The notes beneath the pieces were generated by a model that worked only from the letters and a program-made list of their open reading frames with translations, ran no database searches and had not been told where the DNA came from. Shown in pieces: positions 12,262 to 24,933 of a stretch of DNA of 64,000 bases; positions within the stretch are counted from its first letter, which is position 1, and each line of letters begins with the position of its first letter. The stretch comes from Octopus sinensis. Taxonomy: Eukaryota. A program made the translations under genes and the position numbers. Location: the NCBI RefSeq assembly GCF_006345805.1, contig NC_043002.1, forward strand, positions 21,080,001-21,144,000. The letters run 5' to 3'.

Positions 12262-12400
12262 GAGGTAACTCAAATGTGGAGTCTAAAAACAGAAACAATT
12301 CCTATCATAGTAGGTGCATTAGGTATGATAAAAAGTATTCAGACAAATACATAACAAAAACGCCAGTATTAGCATTTTATATAGGAAAGTAATGCTCATC
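12262..12400 (+). mobile_element. Dong-like RLE non-LTR retrotransposon 3' fragment (distinct family)
   Basis: EVTQMWSLKTETIPIIVGALGMIKK; begins directly after an (AAT/GAT)n array. Dong elements are known to target (TAA)n. Confidence 0.65.
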
Positions 12401-13190
12401 AGTAATGCTCACTCCATCACAGCTGCTAGAGGCCAACTCACCCTGTCAATATTATGGATAATATCATTGGAACCAGTGACTGATTTCACAAAATGGCAAT
12501 GTGAAAATTTTAAAATAATCTAGGTGGCTAGCAGCAATTTAAAACCAATAAAGGAATAATTCACTGTCACTATATATAAACTGACGCAGAATATGATCAA
12601 GGCCTATCAAAAAACAAAAAAAAACTAACCTCTCCATGCAAGCTGCAATAGTTTTTATGAGCAAGTGGTTTGTACAATTTTTCGCAGATAGGAAGGAGGC
12701 AGGACATTTAATCATAGTATATTATAACAATATTTTGTTTATAAAAATCACACAGATTGTAGTTTAACATTTGTTACCAGGCTGTTCTAAACTCATGGAA
12801 ATATTGCTTATAATTTAAAGCCTTCTTGTTAAACTTTTGAAAATAGTGACACTGTTGGGGGTGATGAGTAACCAAGATGTGGGATGGAATGATGGTTGGA
12901 ATTTGATAAGTTCAGAACTCAAGGTTCATATATTCGTTATTTCATTAAAGATTGCTGTTCTGGCTGTGCAAACTTAATCATAATTGGAATATATATATAT
13001 ATATAGTATTAATAAAATAGGAGATAATAGACTTTATTGGGTACAACACATTCTGGGTCTCTTCAGGTACATAAATAAAAAGTCTCACTAGAGATTTCTT
13101 GAGTCAGCTTACATACCACTATATGTCCATCAATTTTGAGAATGAGTAAAATCAGAGAAAAATTATTGTACAATTTTTCCATTACACACA

Positions 13191-13233
<43 letters not shown>

Positions 13234-13277
13234 ATATATATAATATATATATATATATATTATATATATATATATTA

Positions 13278-13322
<45 letters not shown>

Positions 13323-13789
13323 AAAAGCACCATCCATTCGTGGCCGTTTGCCAGCTCTGTCTGGCACCCACTACACTCACGGAGTGGTTGGCATTAGGAA
13401 GGGCATCCAGCCGTAGAAACACTGCCAGATTTGACTGGGCCTCATGAAGCCTTCTGGCTTCACAGACCCCAGTAGAACTGTCCAACCCATGCTAGCATGG
13501 AAAACGGACGCTAAACGACGATGATGATGATGATGATGATATATCTACCATACATTATATATTATGAAGTTTATTTCAATTAGTTATTATACATTTTATT
13601 ACATTAATTAAGAAAATATGAAGTACGCCATACTAATAATTTAATAATCTTATATAATTTTAATTTATAAATACCTTGTATGATACTCCAACTGTTTAGG
13701 GAAGGCCAAGATCATCCCGTCCAGAGTGCAGAAATGCTAATAAAACAGATTAGCAGAACCATGTCCACCACTGTGTCTATATTTATATA

Positions 13790-13831
<42 letters not shown>

Positions 13832-14529
13832 ATGTATGTATGTTGTATATATACATGCACACACACCACATATATACATACATACATACATACATGCATA
13901 CATACATACATACATACATACATACATACATACATACATACATACATACATACATACATACATACATACATACATGCATGCATACATATATATTATATAT
14001 GTGTGGGGGGGGGGGGTGTACATACACACAACATGCTTCTTTTAGCTTCTTTTAGTTTCTGACTATGAAATCTTCTCACAAGGTTTTTGTTGACCTGGGG
14101 CCATAATAAAAACCACTTGCTCAAGGTGCCATGCAATGAGACTGAACACAAAACCAGATAATAATGAAATGAACTTGTTAACCCCACACAAGCATCACTG
14201 CACCTAAAGCATGTTGTAAAATGCTAAATGCCAGTTTCGTGTTATAAAGCAGATTTGGGATAAATAAATAAATATATTTTTTTGCTGCCACTGGACAGGA
14301 AACTTGTCTGTTGTAAGAATGAAATTTTGGGGGTGTAGAGAGAAAACCAAACCAAAAAAAGCGCACCCCATCCCTCGGAAAAACAACTGAGTACTAGATG
14401 TTAGATATTAGAAAATACTAGTATCCAGCTGTGAAATCTATATTTAAAGCAGTACGGACAATATTTCAGAGAATTAAACAAGGTTTAAGTTAAGCCACCA
14501 CAAAAACAACAACGGTGACAGTGACAGCA

Positions 14530-14822
14530 TGGAAGAAGAAGAAGAAGAAGAAGAAGAAGAAGAGGAGGGAGGAGAAAGAAGAAGAAGAAGAAGAAGAAGA
14601 AGAAGAGGAGGTGGAGGAGGAAGAAGAAGGGGAGGTGGAGGAGGAGGAATAGGAGGAGGAGGGGAAGGTGGAGGAGCAGGAAGAAGTAGAAGAAGATAAA
14701 GAAGAAGAAGAAGAGGAGGAGAAAGAAGAAGAGGAGGAGGAGGTGGAGGAGGAAGAAGAAGAAGAGGAGGTGGATGAGGGGAGGGGGGAGGGGGAGGAGG
14801 AGGAAGAAGAAGAAGAAGAAGG
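14530..14822. repeat. Polypurine (GAA/GAG)n tract
   Basis: Direct reading. Confidence 0.95.
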
Positions 14823-15329
14823 AACAAAACAAAACAAAAACATAAAAACAAATTCTAAAAATATTTTGAAAATTTAGAAAAAAAAGGAATTGGAAAAAAA
14901 AAGACCCAACAAAAATGTAATTTGAATAAGGAAAAAACAAACTATTAAATTTGGTTTCCTGTTCTTGTGTTTAGTCATATTTTCTAGGTTAATTTCTCCC
15001 CTGGGTATCCAGAAAAACGTATTAATATTGTGGAAAAAAATTAAATATATGTGTCCCATGTTTTTGTTTCATGAACTGCAGAAAACAGGCATTTTGAAAA
15101 CAAATATTTTTTATCTACACATTTTGTTTTGGAGTTCACTGATTAGGTTGTTTACTATTTAGTGTTTATGATCTTCACTGTTTAAAGATTTGGTTTTGTT
15201 CTGTTATGATTTTGTAATTTACATTCTGGTGGTTGTGATTTTCCATCATCATTCAATTTTCATATTGATGAATGCATATATTTCAATTTTCAATTCAATT
15301 CAGTTCAATTTTTATTGGCTCAAAAAGCA

Positions 15330-15745
15330 AAAGCAAGGCTATGTAGGGGGACAGGGAGTTATGTACTGGGAGGGTGGTCATACAAAGAGTTCACATGCAT
15401 GCACGCAATGTATAAGATCCCAGCAATGCCATCACGCTTCAGGTCCAGTTACTGCAACAGCCTGGGTTTCAAGGGCCCACAGCTTTTTAATATTCTCCCA
15501 AAGAGTCTGAGGAACTTGCACAGAGTAGATGTAGGGGTTTTTAAATCAAAGCTGGAACTCTTCCTGTTGAGAGTCCCAGATGAACCAACCTCATAGCCAG
15601 AGGTGCAAATGAGGGTAGCTATGCCAAACTGCATTCTTCACCAAGAGCCACATATTAGAGGAGGCTCTTAGTAATAACAGTGTAGCAAAACGGCAGTGCA
15701 TCAGCATGGCTGCAGATCTGAGCTGAATCTACACAGAAAAAAAAA
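15330..15745 (+). mobile_element. CR1-group LINE 3' end
   Basis: SLGFKGPQLFNILPKSLRNL...VDVGVFKSKLELFLLRVPDEP, a typical ORF2 C-terminus; A-rich end. Confidence 0.7.
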
Positions 15746-16074
15746 TAATACATATATCATCATCATCATCATCATCATCATCTTCATCGTTCAATGTCCG
15801 CTTTCCATGCTAGCATGGGTTGGGCGATTTGACTGAAGACTGGTGAACCAGATTGCTGCACCAGGCTCCAATCTGATCTGACAGAGTTTCTACAGCTGGA
15901 TGCCTTTCCTAACGCCAACCATTCTGAGAGTGTAGTGGGTGCTTTTACATGCCACCGGCATGAGGGCCAGTCCAGCGGTACTGGCAATGAACTCGCTCGA
16001 ATGTTTTTTCACGTGCTACCGGCTGAAGTGCCAGTAAGGCGACGCTGGTAACGATCACGCTCAAATGGTACTCA

Positions 16075-16365
16075 TACATACATACATATACACATACATA
16101 CATATATACATACATACATAAACACACATACACATACATACATACATACATACATACATACACACACACATACATACATATACACGTACATACACACACA
16201 TACACATACATACATACATACATACATACATACATACATACATACATACATACATACATACATACATGCATACATACATACATACATACATACATACATA
16301 CATACATACATACATACATGCATATATACATACATACATGCATACATACATATATACATACATAT
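16075..16365. repeat. (CATA)n compound microsatellite
   Basis: Direct reading; similar arrays at 13865-13990, 17085-17160, 45476-45540 and 63955-64000. Confidence 0.95.
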
Positions 16366-16945
16366 GGTAGAAGCCATAACCACTCATAACCACTGGTGAA
16401 ATGTCCCAGTGAAGACCTCAGTGAAATGTAAGCACAATCGACCTGAAATAATGAAAGAAAGTTGTGGAAATATTTGACCAGCAGATATTAACATAAAGCT
16501 GAAATTCAGTGAAAAAGAGAACACTTATGCTGAACTATTGAGAAATCTAATTTATCCAGATTACAAGTTCAGGTTTATACCTGTAATTACTGGGGCCCTA
16601 AGATATAAAACACACTGCCTAAATACCAATTTTGAGAAATTAGGCTTCTCAAAACCAGGAAGGAGAAGGCTAATTCGAAAACTACAGATCCAAACTGTTA
16701 CTGGAACTGTAAAAATCTGTAAAGCTTTCCAGAAGTTTATCATTTAAATATATATGAGCATGTCGAGATATGCAACTATGTGCATGAGAATATATACATA
16801 AAACATACAAATCTGCACATACATACATACAAAACAAAAATACCCTGTTGTTGATGTTGAAATTCCAGTGAAGGAGCCTTGGATCTAGGTTAGAAACCAG
16901 TTCTTTCTCTATTGGCAAGAAATCTTGAAATAAACTGAATAATGA
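16366..16945 (+). mobile_element. 5'-truncated R4/Dong-like non-LTR retrotransposon 3' end (restriction-like endonuclease plus 3' UTR)
   Basis: Translation PVKTSVKCKHNRPEI...PADINIKLKFSEKENTYAELLRNL...FRFIPVITGAL...KICKAFQKFII*, matching the HNRPD...P...EK..Y and IP.I.GAL layout of RLE domains. The 3' UTR is shared with two other copies. Confidence 0.75.
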
Positions 16946-17127
16946 CATAGATACATACACACACACATGCATACATATATGCCTACATACATACACACAC
17001 AGATGCATGCATACACACATACGTATGTGCATAGCTATATAGTTACCTAGCTAGCTAGCTAGCTACCTACCTACCTACCTACCTACATACATACATACAT
17101 ACATACATAAATACATACATACATACA

Positions 17128-17158
<31 letters not shown>

Positions 17159-18624
17159 GTATGAACATACATTCATACGTATATACATACAAGCATGCAC
17201 ACATATATACATGCATGCACACACATATATCATCATCATCATCATCATCATCATGTTCCTCATTTAGTATGTCTTCTATGCTGACATGGGTGGAACAGTT
17301 CAACAGAATTTAACTAGCTGGATTACAGCATCACACTCCATTATCTGCTTTGGCATGATTTCTATGGCTTGATGCCATTCCTAATGGCAATCACTTTGCA
17401 AAGTGTACTGTGTGCTTTTTCTGTGGCACCAGCACTAATGAGGTCATCAAGTAACTTGCAAGACCAAGATCAAGTCCCCTCTCATAAATGAAGGCCCAGT
17501 AGAGAGGAAGGCAGCTTTATACCAAGTATTAAGTGCTCAAAGTATGATACAGGGACAATAACAGGTATTTCACTGTATAAGAGATACATGGCAACCCTGA
17601 GGGTGGGAGAGAAATAAAGATAGTGGTGATGAGGTGTCAGGCTGTATTCTCAAGGTAAACAGTGAGTATGTAAAAGGATATGAACTGAGGATATGAAGGG
17701 TGGGCAAATTTATAAGGAGAGGCATACATATATATACATAGACATATTCTTTTATTCTTCTATTCCTTTATTCTCTTACTGGTTTTAGTCATTAAAATAT
17801 GGTGATGCTAGGGCATAGTCCTCAAGGGTTTTGTGGATCCTATTGACTTCAGAACTTAATTCAAGTTTGGTATTTATTTTATCAATCTCTGCCGTGTCAT
17901 GTTTATGTGTTATAAATAGGCACAGCATAACCAAGAACACATACACACATGCATACATGTAATACACACACATATTTGAATACATACATATGTAAGTACA
18001 CACACGCATACATTAATAGATACATATATACGTACATATGTACATCCATACATTCATACATACATGCATACATATATGTTTACATACATACATGTGATAT
18101 GAGAATCAGAGGTGTGAGGTGTTCACAAATACGAAGCAGTGTGCTAGCATGAGTCAAGATGTCAAGAAAAAGCATGTACAGAATCATAGTAGTGCACTTG
18201 TCCTCACAGATACAGATTAAAATTTTAAAAAATTAATAAAATAAGCCTTGAAATGTAACTATGAAAGGATTCTGAATGAAGGGAATGTATGAGAAAGGCT
18301 CAACCCCGAGTAAACATAAAGAGGGACCAACTATTGAAGTTGACAGCTGTACGACCAGAAGAGTTTTGATACATGTGAAAGGAGAGGAGGAAGCTGGACC
18401 ATTATGGACGGGTACTGAGATGATGGAAATGCATGACAAAGTTGGCACAGGTTTGGCCGTGTGGTTAAGAAGTTTGTTTTGCGACCAGCCCATGGCTTCT
18501 AGTTCAATCTTGTTGTGCAGCACCTTTGATTGGTGTCTTCTATGATAGTCTTGAGCTGACCGAAACCTTGTTGGTGGATTTAGTACACAGACACTGAAAA
18601 AAGCTTGTAGTGTATTTATATGTG

Positions 18625-18857
18625 AAGGCAGTGAGTTGGCAGAAACGTTAGCACGCCGGGCGAAATGCGTAGCCGTATTTCGTCTGCCGTTACGTTCTGA
18701 GTTCAAATTCTGCTGAGGTCGACTTTGCCTTTCATCCTTTCAGGGTCGATAAATAAAGTACCAGTTCCGCACTGGGGTCGATGTAATCGACTTAATCCCT
18801 TTGTCTGTCCTTGTTTATCCCCTCTATGTTTAGCCCCTTGTGGGCAGTAAAGAAATA
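18625..18857 (+). mobile_element. SINE family B (tRNA-like head plus conserved central block), young copy
   Basis: aaggcagtgagttggcagaaacgttagc...gagttcaaattc...gcctttcatcctttcagggtcgataaataaagtaccag. Other copies at about 56-245, 1130-1335, 3530-3895, 11975-12180, 30410-30520, 32400-32530, 37580-37765, 56915-57060. Confidence 0.85.
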
Positions 18858-19789
18858 TATATGTGTATATATATATATATACACATGTGTATGGATGTGT
18901 GTTTGTGTTTTCACATGAGTGTGCGTGTACTTTTGTGTTTCCTTGTCTTGATATTGTGTGTTATCATTCAAGCAATGTTGTTCATTTGCAATCTGCCATG
19001 AAAACATATCCAGCCAATGTAGTGCTGGATAAACCATTAAACAAAATAAGCACATTCTTGGGTCATCAAGGGAAGCGAGGGAACCACAGAAATGGTAAAT
19101 GGTTTACAGCACAAAAGAAATATTTTTAATCTTGCTAAAATAATATTTGAAGTGGTTTATATGATTGGAAATATAACTATCAGATGTGTTGCATAAGATT
19201 AATTTTGAAGAACTGATCAAAGACTTTGCAGTTAAAAAATTAGGAGAAAACTTTTCAAATATAAATAAAATGGAAGTTATCATAATTATCATTATTTAAC
19301 ATCCATTCTCCATGCTGGCATGGGTTGGATGGTTTGGCCAGAACTGGCAAGCTAGAAAGCTATATTAGGTTCCAGCCTGATTTGACTTGGCTTCTATGAT
19401 TAGATGCCCTTCCTAGTGCCAACCACTTTACAGAATGTGCTGGGTGCTTTTTATGTGCCACCAGCACAGGTTTTTTATGTGGACCAGAATGGGGCTTTTT
19501 ACAGAGACTGGCACTGGTGCTTTTTATGTGAACCAGAATAGGTACATTTTATGTGGACTGGCAAAAAGGCTCTTCAAGGTAAAAACCTCTTCAACTGGGA
19601 GGGGAGAATTAATAATTCTGATGAGGGGGAAGGGATGGGTTTTCTTGAGCACAGCAAGGCACTAGATATCTTGGTCCTTTGTTATCTTCTTTGTAAGGCT
19701 CGGTGTCTTGAAATCAGCATAGAAAATCCGTTTCTACATATAAGTTGTATATGTACTTTGTAATGACTACTTCTTTTCCTACTATATAT

Positions 19790-19902
19790 ATCCATCCATC
19801 CATCTATCCATCCATCCATCCATCTGTCCATCCTTCCATCCATCCATCCATCCATCCATCCATCCATCCATCTGTCCATCCATCCATCTGTCCATCTGTT
19901 CT

Positions 19903-19935
<33 letters not shown>

Positions 19936-20040
19936 CCGTCCATCCATCCATCCATCCGTCCATCCATCCGTCCATCCATCCATTCATCCATGCGTCCATC
20001 CATCCATCCATGCGTCCATCCATCCATCCATCCATCCATG
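19790..20040. repeat. (CCAT)n microsatellite
   Basis: Direct reading. Confidence 0.95.
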
Positions 20041-20232
20041 TACATAAAACAAAACATTCAGATTTACACATGCACTCACTCCAAATACTCACATACATAC
20101 ACACAGCTGTACATAACCACCTTTTGTTGATGTTGAAATTCCAATGAAGGAGCCTTGGATCTCAGTTAGAAACTCACACTTTCTCTATTAGCAAGAAATC
20201 TAGAAATACAATTTAATAATAATGTCCATACA
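20040..20232 (+). mobile_element. Third, older copy of the R4-like 3' UTR
   Basis: ttgttgatgttgaaattccaatgaaggagccttggatct...ctttctctattagcaagaaatc matches 16845-16925. Confidence 0.7.
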
Positions 20233-21654
20233 TCTACTCCTCTGCACATCAGCCACAGTCATTTCCCTAATGGCAGTAGAGCTCTCTTTTTACCTAATTG
20301 CTAAACCTTTAGTCTTTACCAAGTTTACTCTGACACTTCTTGATTCTAGCATTGGTTTTCATGCCTAGAATTTCTTCTCCAAGCCTTCCACAAACTCTGC
20401 TGTACAGTCATCAGTATACAGGAGTTCCCACAGAGAACTGGTCTTAAACTTATAAAGCAAACCTATGTTCAAAGGCATTCCATTTCTGGCAATTTCATTT
20501 TTTTATTATTTGGAAATAGTATATCTAGGATAACTTCAGAACTCATTCCTCTTAATGGCTCTTTCTACTGTTCCCTTTTTCAGTTTTGCTGTGTTATACT
20601 CTGTGTTTTAAGCATGTACATTTTGCTATAATTGCTGTCTTTCTTTACTTGGCTTATAGTCACTTTCATGAGCGTGATCGCTACCAACATCGCCTTACTG
20701 GCACTTGTGCCGGTGGCATGTGAACAAAACATTTGAGTGAGGTCTTTGCCTATGCTGCTGGACTGGCCTTCATGCTGGTGGCATGTAAAAGCACCCACTA
20801 CACTCTCGGAATGGTTGGTATTAGGAAGGGCACCCAGCTGTAGAAACTCTGCCAGATCATGATTGGAGCCTGGTGCAGCCATCTGGCTTGCCAGTCTTCA
20901 GTCAAATCGTCCAAACCATGCTAGCATGGAGAGCGGATGTTAAATGATGATGATGATGATGATGATGATAATCATTTTTTTCTGATGAGTTGTACTGCAC
21001 AGAGACATTGATTAGAATAATCTCAGTATGATGGACAAAATGCTTAGCAGCATTTCTCCTATTTTTTTTTATGTTCTGAGTTCAAATTCTCTCAAGGATG
21101 CCTTTCACCCTTCAGGAGTCGATAAAGTAATTATCAGATGAACACTGGGGTTGATGTAACTGACTAGATATCTCCCTCTTTAACTCTTTTACTTGTTTCA
21201 GTCATTTAACTATGGCCATGCTGGAGCACCATCTTTAGTCGAGAAAATTGTCCCCAGGACATATTCTTTGTAAGCCTAGTACTTATTCTATTGGTCTCTT
21301 TTGCCGAACCGCCAAGTTACGGGGGATGTAAACACACCAGCATCGGTTGTCAAGCGATGTTGGGGGGACAAATACAGATACACAAACGTATACACACATA
21401 CATACATACACATATATATACATATATACAATGGGCTTCTTTCAGTATCTGTCTACCATATCCACTCACAAGGCTTTGGTTGGCCCGAGGCTACAGTAGA
21501 AGACACTTGCCCAAGGTGCCACGCTGTGGGACTGAACCCGGAACCATGTGGTTGGTAAGCAAGCTACTTACCACACAGCCACTCCATGAAAATTTTAGAC
21601 CTTATGCCAAGAGTTGAAAAAATATTATCATTATTATTATTATTGTTATTATTA

Positions 21655-22335
21655 TTAAGGCAACAAACTGGCAGAACCGTTAGCAAGCTGGGCAAAATGC
21701 TTAGCAGTGTTTTGTCCATTTTTACGTTCTCAGTTCAAATTCCACTAAGGTTGACTTTGCCTGTCATCCTTTCAGGGTTGATAAATTAATTACCAATGAA
21801 ACAGTGGGGTTGATGTAATTGATTATCCCCCTCCCCCAAATTTTAGGCCTTGTGCCTTTAGTAGAAAGGATTATTATCATTATTATTATTATTGTTATTA
21901 TTATTAAGGTGGTGAGCTGGCAGAATCGTTAGCACACCAGGCAAAATGTTTAGTGGTATTTCATCCATCTTTATGTTCTGAGTACAAATTCCGCTCAGGT
22001 TGACTTTGCCTTTCATCTTTTCAGGGTCAATAAAATAAGTACCAGTTGAGTACTGGGGTCAATGTAATTGACTAGACTGCTTCTTCAAAATTCTAGGCCT
22101 CATTCCGACAGTAGAAAGTTTTAGTATTATTTAAGGGAGATTTTTAGCACGCCAGGCAAAATGCTTAGTGGTATTTCGCCTGTCACTATGTTCTGAGTTC
22201 AAATTCCGCTGAGATTGACTTTGCCTTTCATCCCTTTGGGGTTGATAAATGAAGTACCAGTGAAACACTGGGTTGATGTAATTCACTAATCCCCCTCCCC
22301 AAAATTTCAGGCCTTATGCCTATAGTAGAAAAGAT
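21655..22335 (+). mobile_element. Three consecutive same-strand SINE family B copies
   Basis: Copies at about 21655-21870, 21905-22115 and 22135-22335, separated by short ATT-rich tails. Confidence 0.85.
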
Positions 22336-22731
22336 TATTTGAGGAAAATTTGTTGTCTATTTCTAGCAGTTGAAGCAACTACAGTGCAACCTACTTGTTG
22401 GTTTGCAACTATAGTTGTGTTAGAGGTATGTACTTATGTGTGTGTCTATGTATGAGTAATATGAGTAGTAGTAGCAGTTGTAATCGTAGAAGAATCAGTC
22501 TAACTTACATAACAAGGTGTGAGTTTAGTGGGTCACTCAGTTTAGTTCACCATGTGACTGTGTCATGTGAGTGTATCATGTGACAGTTTGCTTTAAGGCT
22601 TCAGATAACCGTCCTTCATTGAACTTATTTCCAGTTCAACGCACACACCAACACACACAAAAAAATGAGGTGGTGAATATGTGTGTGTGTATGTGTATGT
22701 GTATAAGTATGTTTCTGTGTGTGTGTGTGTG

Positions 22732-22767
<36 letters not shown>

Positions 22768-22879
22768 CATATATATATATGTGTGTGTGTATATATGTAT
22801 ATATTCATATATATATATATTATGTATATATTTATATATATATTTATATATTCACATATATATTTATATATTTATATAG

Positions 22880-22912
<33 letters not shown>

Positions 22913-22957
22913 TTAACGTCCGCTTTCCATAAATATGTATATATATATATATATATA

Positions 22958-23112
22958 CTTTATTGCAAAGCAGCAAAAAGTAAATCACAAAAACTGTTAC
23001 TCAGAGTTTCATGTTCCCATTTGTCGGACAGTTTTGTTTAGAATTCTAAACGGGGACATGAAACTCTGAGTAACAGTTTTTGTGATATATTTTTTGCTGC
23101 GTTTCAATAAAG
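22958..23112. repeat. Head-to-head inverted repeat containing the hammerhead motif
   Basis: atcacaaaaactgttactcagagtttcatgt mirrored by acatgaaactctgagtaacagtttttgtgat. Confidence 0.9.
22990..23035 (-). ncRNA. Degenerate type I hammerhead ribozyme motif
   Basis: Minus strand reads AAAACUGU CCGACAA AUG GGAA CAU GAAAC UCUGA GUA ACAGUUUU. Perfect 8-bp stem I, 3-bp stem II, GUA triplet; core CCGACAA has two changes from CUGANGA. Confidence 0.6.
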
Positions 23113-23175
23113 CATATTACTCTACCTCTGGTATTCAAGTACTATTTTTTCCACCTTGTTTCGCATTTATGTACT

Positions 23176-23568
23176 TACTAGCAGTATCGCCCGGCGTTGC
23201 TCAGGTTTGTAAGGGAAATAACTATAAAGCATTTTTAGAGAGTTATAGCCAAAAAATAGCAAAAAAATGGAAAAAAAATGATGGTAATTTTTTTTTTTTT
23301 GAGAGTTAAAAAAGGTGGAGTTGCGTCCCCTAGACGGTCTGTGGTTTGGGTTTCTGATTCTCGACCCCATGTCGAATTTATCGATTTTTTTCAGAACTGG
23401 GGGAACTTTTCAAAATTTTCGCTGCGTTAGTTTTGAATTATGACATTGGGCTATGTGTGTGTCAAGTTTCATCAGAATCGGTTGAAAGCCGTGGTCAGGG
23501 TGAGGGTACAAGCAAACAGACACACAGAAACACGCACAGACAAACTGCCGTTTATATAGAGAGAGATT
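23176..23568 (+). mobile_element. Helentron-associated (HINE/DINE-1-like) non-autonomous element
   Basis: Starts tactagcagtatcgcccggcgttgctc; ends with acagac-type repeats and gtttatatagagagagatt, the usual terminal layout of such elements. Confidence 0.55.
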
Positions 23569-24888
23569 CCGTTATATATATATATGTGTGTATGTGTGTG
23601 TTGTCTGGCATCTGTGCTAGTGGAGTGCTTAGAGCACCATTCGAGCATGATCGTTGCCAGACCAGCTGACTGGCTTCCATGCCGGTGGCACATAAAATGC
23701 ACCATTTGAGCGTGATCATTACCAGCATCTCCTTACTTGCACTTGTGCCAGTGGCATGTGAAAAAACTTTTGTGCGAGGTCATTGCCAGTGCCGCTGAAC
23801 TGGCTCCTGTGCAGACATTAAACGATGATGATGATCATGATGATGATGGTATATATATATATATATATATATTTTATATATGTGGCAGATATTAGTGTTG
23901 CCTGACTAGCATCTGTGTTGGTGACACGTAAAGGCACCAACCAATCGTGGCCGTTTGCCAGCCTGCTCTGGCTCCTGTGCCGGTGGCATGTAAAAAACAT
24001 CCACTACACTCATGGAGTGGTTGGCGTTAGGAAGGGCATCCAGCTGTAGAAACACTGCCAAATCAGACTAGAGCCTGGTGCAGCCTCCATGGCTTACCAG
24101 ACCCCGGTCGAAATGTCCAACCCATGCTAGCATGGAAAACGAACGTTAAATGATGATGTTATATAGACGTGTGTGTGTGTGTGTGTGTGTATAAATATAT
24201 AAAAATTTATTTATATATTTATATAATGATTGAGTGTACATGTGTTCATATGGATATTGTAAATATTTGGAGGTAATTGAATATGTGTGTATTTCTGTGT
24301 ATAAATATTTGTGGGTATATCTATGCATGTGTATGCATGTATGTTGAATGTTGTGTTAAATTAGACGTTTGAAGTTAGTACTTCATTTAGCATAAATAGT
24401 AGTATTACTAAAACCATATGTCTATGAAGAAAACTTTTGACATATACACATGTATCTGTGTGTATGTGTGTGTGTGCATGTATATGTGTGTATGTATATA
24501 TATATATATAATATTCTATGTCCACACATACACATGCACACACACATATATATACATATACACACATATATACACATACACCATCGTGACTCCCTTGTTG
24601 ACGTGCAAGTGTTGCTGTGTTAGGTGTATGTGCCTCTGTATGGGTGCATATCTGTATATATATATATATATGTATATATACAACAAGCTTCTTTCAGTTT
24701 CCGTCTACCAAATCCACTCACAAGGCTTTGGTCAGCCTGAGGCTATAGTAGAAGACACTTGCACAAGTTGCCATGCAGTGGGACTGAACCTGGAACCATG
24801 TGGTTCATAAGCAAGCTACTTACCACACAGCCAGTCCTATACATTTCGAACGAGAATTTGGCAGCGCCACCTCTAACCAAACAATTAT

Positions 24889-24933
24889 TCTGTGCTGATG
24901 AAGAGAAATAACCCAGAAATCGTAATACACAGA
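24889..24933 (+). ncRNA. Degenerate minimal type I hammerhead ribozyme motif
   Basis: UCUGUG CUGAUGA AGAG AAAUAA CCCA GAAA UCGUA AUA CACAGA. 6-bp stem I, intact CUGAUGA and GAAA, AUA triplet; stem II is weak. Confidence 0.5.

Noticed and set aside
13680-14062. YVCM/HTYI-repeat ORFs (also 15945-16393, 38233-38949, 47665-48201, 52014-52441)
   Set aside because: Stop-free CATA/TA/CA microsatellites.
18100-18450. Possible RTE remnants (also 62530-62780)
   Set aside because: Too decayed to give a reliable motif.
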